Shown here piece by piece: positions 33,407 through 44,586 of a stretch of DNA of 64,000 bases. The DNA lies in contig OX337240.1 of NCBI GenBank assembly GCA_946965045.2, positions 3,038,001-3,102,000 of the forward strand, in the 5' to 3' direction. A program made the translations under genes and the position numbers. The first letter of the stretch is position 1; the number at the start of each line of letters is the position of its first letter. The notes under the pieces were generated by a model, which searched no databases, was not told the DNA's origin, and saw nothing but the letters and a program-made list of their open reading frames with translations. The stretch is from Epithemia pelagica. Its lineage: Eukaryota > Protista > Bacillariophyta.

Positions 33407-35110
33407 ATGGCATCTTCTTCTTCCTCCTCTTCTTCTTCTTTCAGCAGCAGATTCAGGAGTACCAAAATGACGACTCCGACAACAACCACAACAACCACAA
33501 CAACAACAACAACCACAAGATTCCTCCGCCCCCGCACTCCCTGGCTCTATGCAGTGGGTGCTCTCGCCATCAATTCCGTTCGCCTCATGTTTGGCGTGTT
33601 GGCTCAGCAGCAACGACAAGAACAAGAACAAGAACAAGAACAAGAACAACGAGTTACTTTGGCATTCATGGACGACCACCCAACCAACAGCAACCACTAC
33701 AGTTGGATCCGCCCGAAACAAGAAGAGGAGAATGGAACACTACCACCACCACCGCCCGGCCTCCCACAATCCACCAAGGATGGAACCAACCCTTGGGTTC
33801 CGAGTACCATCCACAATACAACAACTACAACCACATCATCTACCACAAGGAACAACACCATTGCCTTGCACTGCTTGTTGGATTCACGCAATACCTTTTG
33901 TTATGTGCATTTTCCACACACGCTGCAAGCTCTGAGTCAATGTTGGAGCTACTTTCAATCGCAAACACGACAAATTCTCGAGCAGCACTCCAAGGATGCG
34001 GCGATTCTTCCACGAATTACCACCACGATTCACAGTCATGGCATTCGAGGTCGATTCCAGTCCCCCCAGTCGGATTGGCGTGCCGCCTTTGTGCAGTTCC
34101 TACTCGCCAATGTCACGACCTTGCATCATGCCCGACGGTCCACCCTGCCCCACCCCAACAACAACGACAATCGCACGCATTCCACGCGCATCTTTCGACC
34201 CACGCCCGACGATTCCGGACTGGATGGGTTGCGATTCTTTTGGAATTACTCCCATGTCCAAGCCTTGCACGACAATCTGTATCAAACCGAATTGTATCGT
34301 CGCCACCAGACAACCACCTCCTTGGGCGAAACAGTCGGACGATCCGACAAGCAGTCTGTTTCCCAACCGCCACGACTCCGCATTGCAGTGATTAACCGGA
34401 ACGCGACACGACGGATTGTCAATATAAATCAATTGGAACGAGCCATTCGACAGGAATATCCTCAGGCCCTGGTCCAAGTCGTGACCATGGAAGGCATGAC
34501 GCCACTGCAACAATATATTTGGTGGAATCAACAATCGATTGTGGTGACACCTCATGGGGCTGCCACGACCAATCTGATTTTCATGAAACCCGGATCGGCC
34601 GTCTTGGAACTCTATCAACCGCATTATTATTGGTGGGGATTTTGGAAATTGGCCCAAACCGCCCGCGTTCGGTATTATGCCCAGTTTCCAATCCTCCTTC
34701 CCAACGCCACCCCCCGCAATCACAGCAGCCACCATCACACTCACCACACGACAACGACCAAGCAGCAGGCGGCCGAACTGGCGCTCTTTCAAGACTTTTG
34801 CGAAACTTGTAGCGATTGGCCATGGCAACGACACCAACAAAAACTTGCAGTCTTGGAACCCTCCATTCCTCATGTGATGGTCTTGTTGCGACGGGCCGTG
34901 ACGGACTGGCAAGAACAAGGACGGACAAGGAGCAGTACGACGACTGTCACTCCACAAATTGTGCGCATGGAAACCAATTGTCAGCGAGCACAGTCCTTTT
35001 ACCAGCAGCACCACAATGACAACAATCTTCCGGAACAGATTCAGACACGGGTCCAACTAAGCCTCGACGACGATCCCCCGCAATCCCTCCTGGACCAGTA
35101 CGGTGAATGA
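33407..35110 (+). CDS. Glycosyltransferase family 61, copy B, about 567 aa
   Basis: Near-identical catalytic half to copy A (VVTMEGMTPLQQYIWWNQQSIVVTPHGAATTNLIFMKPGSAVLELYQPHYYWWGFWKLAQTA); N-terminal hydrophobic segment WLYAVGALAINSVRLMFGVLA. Confidence 0.85.
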   Translation: MASSSSSSSSSFSSRFRSTKMTTPTTTTTTTTTTTTTRFLRPRTPWLYAVGALAINSVRLMFGVLAQQQRQEQEQEQEQEQRVTLAFMDDHPTNSNHYSWIRPKQEEENGTLPPPPPGLPQSTKDGTNPWVPSTIHNTTTTTTSSTTRNNTIALHCLLDSRNTFCYVHFPHTLQALSQCWSYFQSQTRQILEQHSKDAAILPRITTTIHSHGIRGRFQSPQSDWRAAFVQFLLANVTTLHHARRSTLPHPNNNDNRTHSTRIFRPTPDDSGLDGLRFFWNYSHVQALHDNLYQTELYRRHQTTTSLGETVGRSDKQSVSQPPRLRIAVINRNATRRIVNINQLERAIRQEYPQALVQVVTMEGMTPLQQYIWWNQQSIVVTPHGAATTNLIFMKPGSAVLELYQPHYYWWGFWKLAQTARVRYYAQFPILLPNATPRNHSSHHHTHHTTTTKQQAAELALFQDFCETCSDWPWQRHQQKLAVLEPSIPHVMVLLRRAVTDWQEQGRTRSSTTTVTPQIVRMETNCQRAQSFYQQHHNDNNLPEQIQTRVQLSLDDDPPQSLLDQYGE

Positions 35111-35439
35111 CGGAACATCTTCTGGGAAACGTACGATGCGTTGAACGGAGAGGCCAACTGGGAAAGGACACGGATGCTCCCATCGAACAAGAAGAAAATG
35201 AAGGGATCCTGGTATCCATTCCGTTTCGAGTAGCACGAAACAGTAGAGGAAGGATGGCTGAAATCCCCCAAAATTTGCAAGTTTTGTTCCAGGTTCCATC
35301 CAAATTTTGGAGGCAAGAGTCATGTCAAGGATGAGTGTTCCCCTCCTTTTGGTGTGAATCTGAGAATGAATCACCGCAGAAGAACACAACCCGACAAAAA
35401 ACCACGAGTCTCTGGGGATCATCCTGCAACGACAGGTAA

Positions 35440-36215
35440 TGTGGTTGTGTGGAGCATGCACTGCGTCATCCGGATGGTCCTGGTCACGGACGCTTGCAAA
35501 TGCCGGTCCCAATCCATTGCCGACCATGTGGCCATATGGTGCACGTTGTGGGACCCGTCCATATCCAAGAAACGGGGTACAGGTGGTTCACTATGTTGAA
35601 TTGCGACTTGTGCCATCATCATCATCATCATCACCCCAAAACGACGACCAAGGAGCCCCACCGTTTCACATTCCGGTTCGACCGTCCACAAATGGCCAAG
35701 ACCCACAAAACAGTACTATCCGAAACTTTGACAATGACAGATTGTATCTAGTGCAGGTTCGTCAGACGTTCCAGGCACCCTGCTGTCCGTCATCTTCCTT
35801 CTTTTGCGAATACGACAACCGAACTCACTGTTCCACCGCCCATGGCGTACGTTTGGAAACGGGACACAAGACTATACCTGTGGTGGGATGGTCGTACCAA
35901 GACCAAGCCAAAGTCCATCCCTCGAATGATTCTGGTACCACCAGTCTCATGCCCCACCAGAACGAACGAACGAACGAACGACGAGGGTAGTAGGATGATT
36001 GCGGTCCTGATTCCCAATCACAACCGCAGCCAACCCCGTACAATGACACGGTCGTTGCCAACGTGGACCATGTGTCCCGCTTGTGTGGTTGTGGAACCAT
36101 AGTGTGTCTCGTGTTTGCTTCCTGTCGTGTGGTCCGACGACGTGTCTCTCCAGGATTTGGCCTTTCGCTCCAACCCTGCAAGGACCAGGATTACTACCGA
36201 GGTAGTTCGAACAGA
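35440..36215 (+). pseudogene. TIMP-like gene, copy B, frameshifted with a shortened signal region
   Basis: VLVTDACKCRSQSIADHVA (ORF 35354 frame), then DRLYLVQVRQTFQAPC...AHGVRLETG (ORF 35439 frame) and a C-terminal CCTGTCGTGTGGTCCGACG block near 36120 in a further segment. The hydrophobic signal core of the intact copy is missing. Confidence 0.75.
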
Positions 36216-36962
36216 ACCCGCAGTGATAAACAGACAACGAAGCATGATAAAACCATCTTGAACGGACAAGGCTCTCCCCGTAGCCATGGAATATCCGTTG
36301 GGGAACAACAAGACATACCACAAACTATGTATGGGTAGTATAGTATACTATAGAAACCAGTTGTAGTAGTGTGGCCACACGGAACGAGAGATGGAGCGAG
36401 AGCTGGTGGCAGCGCCGTACCACCCATGGGTGGCACTTTTGCCAAACGTCCTAGAGTCGTCCGCCCAAGAATCATTCACATTCGATGCTCGAACGGTCGC
36501 CACACGGGTACGGACACTCTTTCTCTATATATATATAATATACGAGTACATGGTGGATGGTCCTTGCCTCATTGTTGGCTGCGAGCCTCTACTCCCAGGA
36601 GTATGAATCGCTGGTGCCATTATCTATACTAGGACTAGCATGGCGTGCATACTAGAGGCATTGGCGAGGATCGTAGCGCTCTAATAGTGTACTCCTACCA
36701 CGGATAGTTTATGCGTCCCTTGGGATCTGACGGCATAGAGGAGGTAGCTCCTGCACGCCAGTCCCGCTTCGATCTGGCGCGCGCGCATGCGCTCAACACA
36801 CCGAACGCTTTTACTCTTCTGTGGTTCTGGCGCAGAAGCAACCAAGCAGCTGCTCACATTTTCTTCGCCCTTTGGTGTCGCGACGACCATTCGAATGTAG
36901 AAGAGTCTTGTGTGGTGGTTGGAGACACAATCATCATACTCATTATCATTATCATCATCATC

Positions 36963-37856
36963 ATGATGCGTTCCATTCGTAGTAGTAGTAGTCTGGTGGC
37001 GACGCTCTGGAAGACCAACAAGGGTGGTACAGCTGTGGGTGGATCCATGGTGCGGTCCTCCTTCTTGTCCACGCAAGCTGCTGCCGCCGCAACGACAAAC
37101 CCCGAACGCATTCAATATTTCAAAGTCTATCGCTGGGATCCGGAACGTCCCCATCAACAACCGTATTTGAGTACGTATCCGGTCGATTTGAATGACTGTG
37201 GTCCCATGGTATTGGATGCCTTGCTCAAGATTAAAAATGAACAAGATCCCACGCTGACCTTTCGACGCAGTTGTCGCGAAGGCATTTGTGGATCCTGTGC
37301 CATGAATATCAATGGCACCAATACCTTGGCCTGTCTCTGTTATATCAACAATCCCAAGGACAGCAGCAAAAAGGACACTTCCGCCAGTGCCGCCGCCACG
37401 AGCAGTACCAAAATTTATCCCTTGCCGCACATGTACGTGCTCAAAGATTTGGTACCGGACATGTCCAATTTTTACGAACAATACAAATCGATTGAACCGT
37501 GGTTGCAACCGACCGTGACCAAAACACCCGGTCAAGCCGAATATTTGCAATCCCGCGAGGACCGATCCAAACTCGATGGCATGTACGAATGCATCTTGTG
37601 TGCCTGTTGCAGTACGGCCTGTCCGTCCTATTGGTGGAATGCCAATACCTACTTGGGACCGGCCGTCTTGATGCAAGCCTATCGATGGATGCAAGATTCC
37701 CGCGATGGACAAACGGCCAAACGTTTGCAAGCCGTCGACGATCCCCTCAAACTCTATCGCTGTCATACCATCATGAATTGTACCAATGTCTGTCCCAAAC
37801 ATTTGAATCCGGCCAAGGCCATTGCCAGTATCAAACAGAAATTGGCGGCGCATTAA
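36963..37856 (+). CDS. SDHB: Succinate dehydrogenase iron-sulfur subunit, mitochondrial, about 297 aa
   Basis: [75 protein letters not shown]-rich presequence from ATG 36963. Confidence 0.97.
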   Translation: MMRSIRSSSSLVATLWKTNKGGTAVGGSMVRSSFLSTQAAAAATTNPERIQYFKVYRWDPERPHQQPYLSTYPVDLNDCGPMVLDALLKIKNEQDPTLTFRRSCREGICGSCAMNINGTNTLACLCYINNPKDSSKKDTSASAAATSSTKIYPLPHMYVLKDLVPDMSNFYEQYKSIEPWLQPTVTKTPGQAEYLQSREDRSKLDGMYECILCACCSTACPSYWWNANTYLGPAVLMQAYRWMQDSRDGQTAKRLQAVDDPLKLYRCHTIMNCTNVCPKHLNPAKAIASIKQKLAAH

Positions 37857-38169
37857 ACAGGAACGAAAGCAAGGCTAGAGCACAAGAATGCGTCCCAGAA
37901 ATCGAGTTGCCATTTTTGGATGGTGCAGGCCAGACCCATGTGGAACACGGTAGCTCTATAATAATGATGTAGAGAAAAAGTTAGGAATAGAACGAAAACA
38001 CATTGACTATATATGAGTGGTACGGGTCTTTCTAGTTGCTACCTATAGACAGACCATGGAAGAATACTCCAACGGTTTCTATACTATCCAAGAGCTGAAC
38101 TACGGCCAAATTGTTATTGTGTTGGTCCCTCACGCGCCACTTGGAACCTCTCTCCACTCCTGTTTCGTA

Positions 38170-39486
38170 TTATTCACTCGCCGCCGCCTTGTCTTCATCG
38201 TCGTCCTTGTACAAACAGGCCATTAATCCCTTGGTCAATTCGGGTCGATTCAAATTCTTGCCAATAAAGACAAACTTGTTGATGCGCGGTTCATCGTCCT
38301 TCCAGGTCTCTTGGGCCGGTCCAAATTGAATTTGTTCGTGCACGCCTTGAAAGACAAACTTGACATTGCCTTGACCATGAAAACTCAGGAGACCCTTGGT
38401 TCGATACAAATCGGCCGCTCGTTCTCGCAACAAATCCATCATGAACAAATTGAACCATTGGGCATGCAAATTGCCTTCAAAGGTAATACCAACCGAACTC
38501 ACCAGGTCCAAATTGTGCTTGGCATCTTCTTGATCTTCAAAAAAGTCGGGATGATGATTCAAAATACTTTCCATGGAAAAGGATTGCAAGCCCAAAATTT
38601 GATCGAGGGGTGCCCGACTTCGTTCCGTTTCAAAGACGACGGCAAATTTATTAATATGACTCAAGCGATCTTTCAGGGCTTTCTTTTCCTTGTCCGTGAC
38701 CAAATCAATCTTGTTGAGCAAAATCTTGTCGGCAAAGGCCACTTGTTGCTGGGCTTCATTGGCCGATCCATCCGGTTTGACCTCGTCCAAATGTTGCTGC
38801 AAATGTTTGCAATCGGCCAAACAGACAATGGAATCAATGCAATAATTGTCCGACAATTTCGAATTGGTTTGCACCGTATACACAATGGGGGCCGGATCGG
38901 CCAAGCCCGTCGTTTCCAACAAAATGGCATCAAAATGCTTGCGTCGCTTGGCCAATTGACCCAAGGTTCGGACCAAATCGCCACGGACACTGCAACACAC
39001 ACAGCCATTGTCCATGGTAATCAAATCTTCGGGAGAATCCATCGATTCCGCCACTGTAGTTGTTGTCATCATGAGAATGAAGAGGAGGGGGAGGATACAC
39101 CGAGAAACAGGACGAATGGCAACGTAAGAATGAATGAATCCACCACCCAACAGGACGAAACGAACCACCAGGCAATATACACAAAGACGGTGAGAAACGA
39201 ATGAATCCTCGCATCCCCAACCAAAACCACTCCACTCCACTCCACAACCATATCAAATCAAATCAAATCATCTCATTTATCATATATATCATACAACAGG
39301 ACATGACGTACCTAATCCATCGTCAATGGAGACTTCTCCAAATTCATTTTCCAAGACACAAATTTTCCATTTGCTTTGTTCCTTGAGAATAAAATTGACC
39401 AAGGTGGTCTTGCCCGCTCCCAAAAATCCGGTAATGACGGAAATAGGGGTCAAGTCAGTCGCATCGGATACCGCAACCGAATTCAT
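38170..39486 (-). CDS. CobW/COG0523 family zinc-metallochaperone GTPase; predicted join(complement 39312..39486, 38170..39053), about 352 aa
   Basis: GFLGAGKTT (Walker A), ENEFGE, CVCC (CxCC), [14 protein letters not shown], and C-terminal LYRTKG...FQGVH...FVFIG (CobW_C). A phase-1 GTACGT...CAG intron (39311-39054) joins the frames. Confidence 0.92.
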
Positions 39487-40530
39487 ACTGATACGATACC
39501 AATGACTACAACCAGGAGAGAACTACTCGAACTTGGGTTCGTTCGTTGGTTCTATCGTCGTGGTCCAAACGGTCTTATTGCTGTTGCTGTTGTTGCGGAT
39601 GCTGGGGGTGTGTCCGAACGTTGCTGGGGGTGTGTCCGAACGTTGCGCAATTCCCTGTGATTGGGATCTGGTCGGATTGTGTATTCTTTTTTTCTTGTCC
39701 TTGGTTTGTGGGCCACACAAAAAAAGGCCTTTTCTGTCGTCTGGTTCGTTCTGCTTTTGGTGGCGTTCGGTTGTTTTGTACCTCCCATCGGGGGTGAGAA
39801 TTTTGCAGTCTGTTCGTCAATCATTTTCGTCATTTTTTTGTGCGACCAGATTCTCGCCTCTGCTTGGGGGTAGGTTGTTTTGTTGCGACAAAGAAAAGAG
39901 ACGATGGTCTTCGATCGATTTCCCGTTGCTGTGCCGCGAACCGCGACTCACCATGGAAACGGCGACCAACTTTTTGACGATTCAAGAGCGACTCCAGAAA
40001 GAATGATTCGCTGGTCCACGTCAGCCCTCTTGGAACGACCCGCGGAAGCCACAGAGAATACTGGTGTCTCGATACTGGAGTACGAAACAGTGTACCGGTG
40101 TCACGACTTGCCAAAGATGGCGGCGCGCGGGGGAGACACGAAATGAAAAATGAAGAACACTCCATCCTTTTTCGGTGTTTTGTTGTGTCGCTGCAACGCG
40201 GTTGACACTGACTTGACACCTCTTCTTTCCTGGCAACTCGCCCTTCTCTCTTTGTGCTGAAGAGAGAGCGTATTGGATTCTGTGTGTTCCTTACAACCAC
40301 CACACCACTCTTCAAGACAAGGAACTTGGCTTTGGCTTCGGGTTTTTGGTGTGATTGCTGTCACACAATCGCAAAAAATTGACGACGCTGCCTCGTGACA
40401 ACCAAACCGAGCAACGTGGTCCACAATCTTCCTCTCTCTCCCTCCATAAAAGTCATTTACTTTTTGTTGTTGACAAGGATTCCTTCACTATTTCTTCTCT
40501 CTCCATCTTGAAGTACAGTTTCCATTCATC

Positions 40531-41197
40531 ATGATCATGTATTCCGTTCGTTGTTGTTTCAATCTCGCCTTGGTTGGGGCAACCCTGCTTGGGTCGACGC
40601 AGGCCTTTACCTCTCGATTGGTACCTTCCCCCGTGAGAGGGACACGGACAATGGCCCTCGTCTCGTTTCAGCAGCAACAACAACAAGAACAGCCGCATTC
40701 CATGGAGGAAATTGCCAGTTGTGCCTTGACTGGATTGTGTTCGGTCCAAGACATGGAAGATATGATGCAAGGTACGTCGTCCCAAAAACTGGTGGGTTGG
40801 TGCACCGACGTTTGGAGGAAAAAAAGAATCATGACTCACAAGTATTCTCTTGTTCTTGTTGTCGTCACCCGCAGAATTGCAACATGCCACTACCACTACT
40901 ACAACCAGCAGCAGGAGAGGGACGACTCCGGAAGAAGTGGTGGTGCAAAGTTATGTCAATCATCATCATCCTTCGGGCAATACGGAACAACAACGGGACC
41001 GGTTGAAGGAGGCCTTGAAATTGCGTCTGGAATTGCATGCCTTGGGACAAGAATTGCAAGGCACCCATGACGAAAATGACGAGGACAACAACGACGACGA
41101 CGATACCTACCTCTATTCGTCCTATCGGGGGAATTCCAATCATGCCTTTGATCATTTTGTCGATTACCGACAAATGGCACAATACGAAAGCCATTGA
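40531..41197 (+). CDS. Small, probably plastid-targeted hypothetical protein; predicted join(40531..40771,40875..41197), about 187 aa
   Basis: Signal peptide ending TQA|FTS (ASAFAP-type), motif EIASCALTGLCSVQDMEDMMQE, and a phase-1 GTACGT...CAG intron restoring the frame. Confidence 0.7.
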
Positions 41198-41696
41198 GAC
41201 GAGAGCATGTATATATACTATGTGTGCATGCATCTACCTCTCTATCGATGCGCAAGGCCCACCCACCATTACACTTTACTATACACGGAACACGCTCCTC
41301 TTGCTCGACCATATCTGCTACACTCTTATGCCACACATCCAAAACTCAACAACAACAACAAGATAGAAACAAATTGACACTCACCATTGAAACCATGATG
41401 TATCCTGTATACAACGACGATTCCCACAAGAGCCAAAAATTTTAATTTGTAATGCACACACACTTGTTTTGCTACGCCACCGTCCCTTCACTCACTTGCT
41501 ATACTCCTATTTGCAAAGGCCGCAAAAACACTTCTCTCTCTCTCTCTTGTAGTAGTAAGAGAGTACAGATGAGTATAGGTATATGGTATTGTGGAACTAG
41601 GTACGACATGCCACAGGGACAGGTTTTGGATTCGTTCCTTCTTTCCCAGTTGGCCTCTCCATTCACCGCACAGCACGTTTCCCATAAGATGGTCCG

Positions 41697-42215
41697 TCAT
41701 TTCTCGTACTGGTCCAGAAGGGATTGCGGTGGATCCTTATCAAGGCTTTGTTGGACCCGTGTCTGAATCTGTTCCGGTAGATTGCTGTCATTTTGGTGCT
41801 GCTGGTAGAAGGACTGTGCTCGCTGACAACTGGTTTCCATGCGCACAAGTTGTGGTTGTGGAGTGGCAGTCGTTGTCGTACGGCTCCTTGTCTGTGCTGG
41901 TTGTTGCCAGTCCCTCACGGCCCGTCGCAACAAGACCAAGACATGAGGAATGGAGGGTGTTCCAAAACAATGCAAGTTTTTGTTCTTGTCGTTGCCATGG
42001 CCAATCGCTGCAAGTTTCGATAAAGTGTCTGGAACGAGTGCCAGTTTGGCCGCCTGCTGCTTGGTGGTAGTGGTGGTGGTTGTCGTGTGGTGGGTGTGAT
42101 TGCTCCTGTGAGAACGGGGGGTGGCGTTTGGAAGTAGGATTGGTACTACCGAACCTGTGCCGTTGGGGCCAATTTACCAAACCCCACCAATCATAAGAAC
42201 ATTGGAGTAGAGAAT
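41697..42215 (-). pseudogene. GT61 3' fragment, inverted and frameshifted
   Basis: YDWWGLVNWP, FIETCSDWPWQRQEQKLA and SIPHVLVLLRRAVRDWQQ...QIQTRVQQSLDKDPPQSLLDQYEK* occur in different frames. The downstream flank matches 35110-35170. Confidence 0.85.
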
Positions 42216-42525
42216 CCCACTCCAGCCTCCTACTAGTAGGAGTACCAAGGAATGCCAATCGCCATGATCCATGGCCCATGATGGCAGCCGCTATTCTGAC
42301 TCCTAGTTCGCAGCAACCAATGATGAAGAGGAGGGCAGGATCATTCATCCACAGTGGTTTGTAGAATACTGTATTCTACCTATAGATAGAGTGTCTGGTG
42401 TGTGTATTCCCCGACGGACATTCCATGGCTGCTGCTGCTGCTGTGGGGAACAGAGAGCATCCAACTGGTGTGGCTCTCTTGTGCGGTCCAAACCAACCAC
42501 CACAACCACACCTGGTTCGGTTCTT

Positions 42526-43275
42526 CTACGAGTCGTGGTCCTGATTGTTGTTGTCGTCGTCGGAGCATGGGGGGAGCGACTGCCAAACGGCCAACTCCTG
42601 GCAAGACACGTCGGACCACACGACAGGAAGCAAACACGAGGCACTGCGGTTCCACACCATTGCATTGGCCACGACCGTGTCCTGGCACGGTTGGAAACCC
42701 TCGTCGTTCTGGTTGGGCAGGAGGATGATGGTGGGAACAGAATCCGAATCGGGAGGATGGACTTGGTCTTGTTGTTGGTAGGACACTCCCACCAAGTAGT
42801 CTTGTCCGGTTTGCAACCGTACGCCACAGGCGGCTGTACTTGTGGGAGTGACCAAAAGTTGAACCTGGTTCTCGGGTGTCATTGTCGTAGAATTGGACGG
42901 GCAGGGTGTCTGGAACGTCTGACGAACCTGCACGAGATACAACCGGTCCTGTGCCACGTTCCGGAGAGTACTAGCAATGGACGGACCGCTTGTAATGGGT
43001 CGAATTGGAATGTGCAGAGGTGGCGATTCGTCGTCGTCGTTCTTGGGTGTTGACGATGGAACAAGTCGCAATTCCAGTGGACCACCGGTACCCGTTTCTT
43101 GTTGGACAACATGGACTTGTCCCACAATGTGCACCACAGGAACATGGTCACTTTCGGCCACGTGAGTCGCTATGGATTGGGACCGGCATTTGCAAGCGTC
43201 CGTAACAAGGACCACCGGCAGAAGGAATAGCAGCCAAACGAGCCACCCCCCGGCTGCCCGGATTGTCACGGGCAT
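42526..43275 (-). CDS. Secreted TIMP-like (NTR/N-TIMP fold) protein, about 249 aa, intact copy
   Basis: Signal peptide MPVTIRAAGGWLVWLLFLLPVVLVTDA then mature N-terminal CKC (TIMP CxC); LYLVQVRQTF; LLVTPTSTAACGVRLQTGQDYLVGV (cf. TIMP consensus IYTxxSSAxCGVxL...YLIxG); CLLPVVWSDVSCQEL. Confidence 0.75.
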   Translation of the reverse strand: MPVTIRAAGGWLVWLLFLLPVVLVTDACKCRSQSIATHVAESDHVPVVHIVGQVHVVQQETGTGGPLELRLVPSSTPKNDDDESPPLHIPIRPITSGPSIASTLRNVAQDRLYLVQVRQTFQTPCPSNSTTMTPENQVQLLVTPTSTAACGVRLQTGQDYLVGVSYQQQDQVHPPDSDSVPTIILLPNQNDEGFQPCQDTVVANAMVWNRSASCLLPVVWSDVSCQELAVWQSLPPCSDDDNNNQDHDS

Positions 43276-44586
43276 GCTCCACACAGCCACACTACCGCCC
43301 TTGGTGTCGTTGCAGAATGAATGATCCAGAGACTCTTGTGGTTTGTTTTGTCGGGTGCTTCTGATACGTGATGATTGGTTCTCTCCTCTATTATTAGAAC
43401 AGATTCACACCAAAAGGGGGAACACTCCCGATCCAGACAACTCCTTCATATAATATTTCTCCCGCCTCCAACCTTTGACGGAACTTGGAACAAATAATTT
43501 GGGGGTTTCAGCTACCTTTGCGATCATCTATAGCTACCATAGGAGTGGATGTCTATCATTGAATGAGGAAGCGTCATACTCCAAAACTCGTACTCCGTAC
43601 TCCTCTAGTAGCAACAAAAAGAGATTTTTGCGGGTGATGCGAGAGTTTCCTGGAATCGCCACTCTCGTTGGTCTCTCTCTCTCTCTCTCTCCATACCAAG
43701 GAAACAGGCGACGGACCTCTACTGCTATTAGGTAGTCTAGCTCTAGGTAGAGCAGTAGAGAGTCCTCCTTTGGAATGCAATGGAAGCAACGGGCGTCTAC
43801 GTATAGTATGATACGACACTTGCGTGGAAAGAAAAAAGACTCTTATACACCTCGATGGATCGAACCAAAAAATGGGCTGTGCGCAGAGTCTGCTGCGGTT
43901 CAACGACAGCAACAAGGAAGCCACACAAAGGCGTCCGGAAACACCACTACTTTCCCTAGTAGAGAGAGCGTCCATCGCCGGATCAATGATGATGGTGAGG
44001 ATGATTCCAGAGACGTGTTGGAAGCAATGGTTGCATCGGGCCGTTGTGGCGACTCAGTCGTCATTTCGTCTCCAACCGTGACAAAGCCCAACAAGAATCT
44101 TGTTTTTTCACTGGTTGGGAGGGGGCTATTGGTTTTACGCCATTTCCCCCTGACACAATGAGGCGATATCATTCTATTAAGTCTTTTCTTCTATTGCCTT
44201 TTGAATTGCCCTTTGTTTGGCGTGACGTTTGTGCTCCTTGCGAACCAGCGGCCGCGGTGTTCTCCAAGATGTTTTGGAAACAGCCCCAGCGAGGGGTGAC
44301 AGGTGGCTATAGTAAGATTGAGTCATTGAGGTCAATCGCAAGTTCTGAACTATAAGCCCCTGGCATCCAATGAGAGCTTATCAGATTCCATCGGTCTTTC
44401 TAGTCTTGATCGGTCCTTTTCGAACTCTGGCATGGGGAGTGTCGTGTTTCAGTACGCGTAGTTTCGCCCAACGAGCTTTCCACGCGAAAAAAACAGTCAT
44501 AGGATCCTTCCCAACAAGTGGTCCATTCATTGTTTGTGCTTGGCGTTCCGCACCGAACCAGAGCACCGCAGCAAACAACAACGACG

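Noticed and set aside
36681-37853. 390-aa minus-strand ORF
   Set aside because: Exact antisense shadow of SDHB; no independent motifs.
38311-39204. 297-aa plus-strand ORF
   Set aside because: Antisense shadow of the CobW-family gene.
39600-39643. 22-bp tandem duplication TGCTGGGGGTGTGTCCGAACGT
   Set aside because: Two copies only, in the upstream region of CobW; no further structure.
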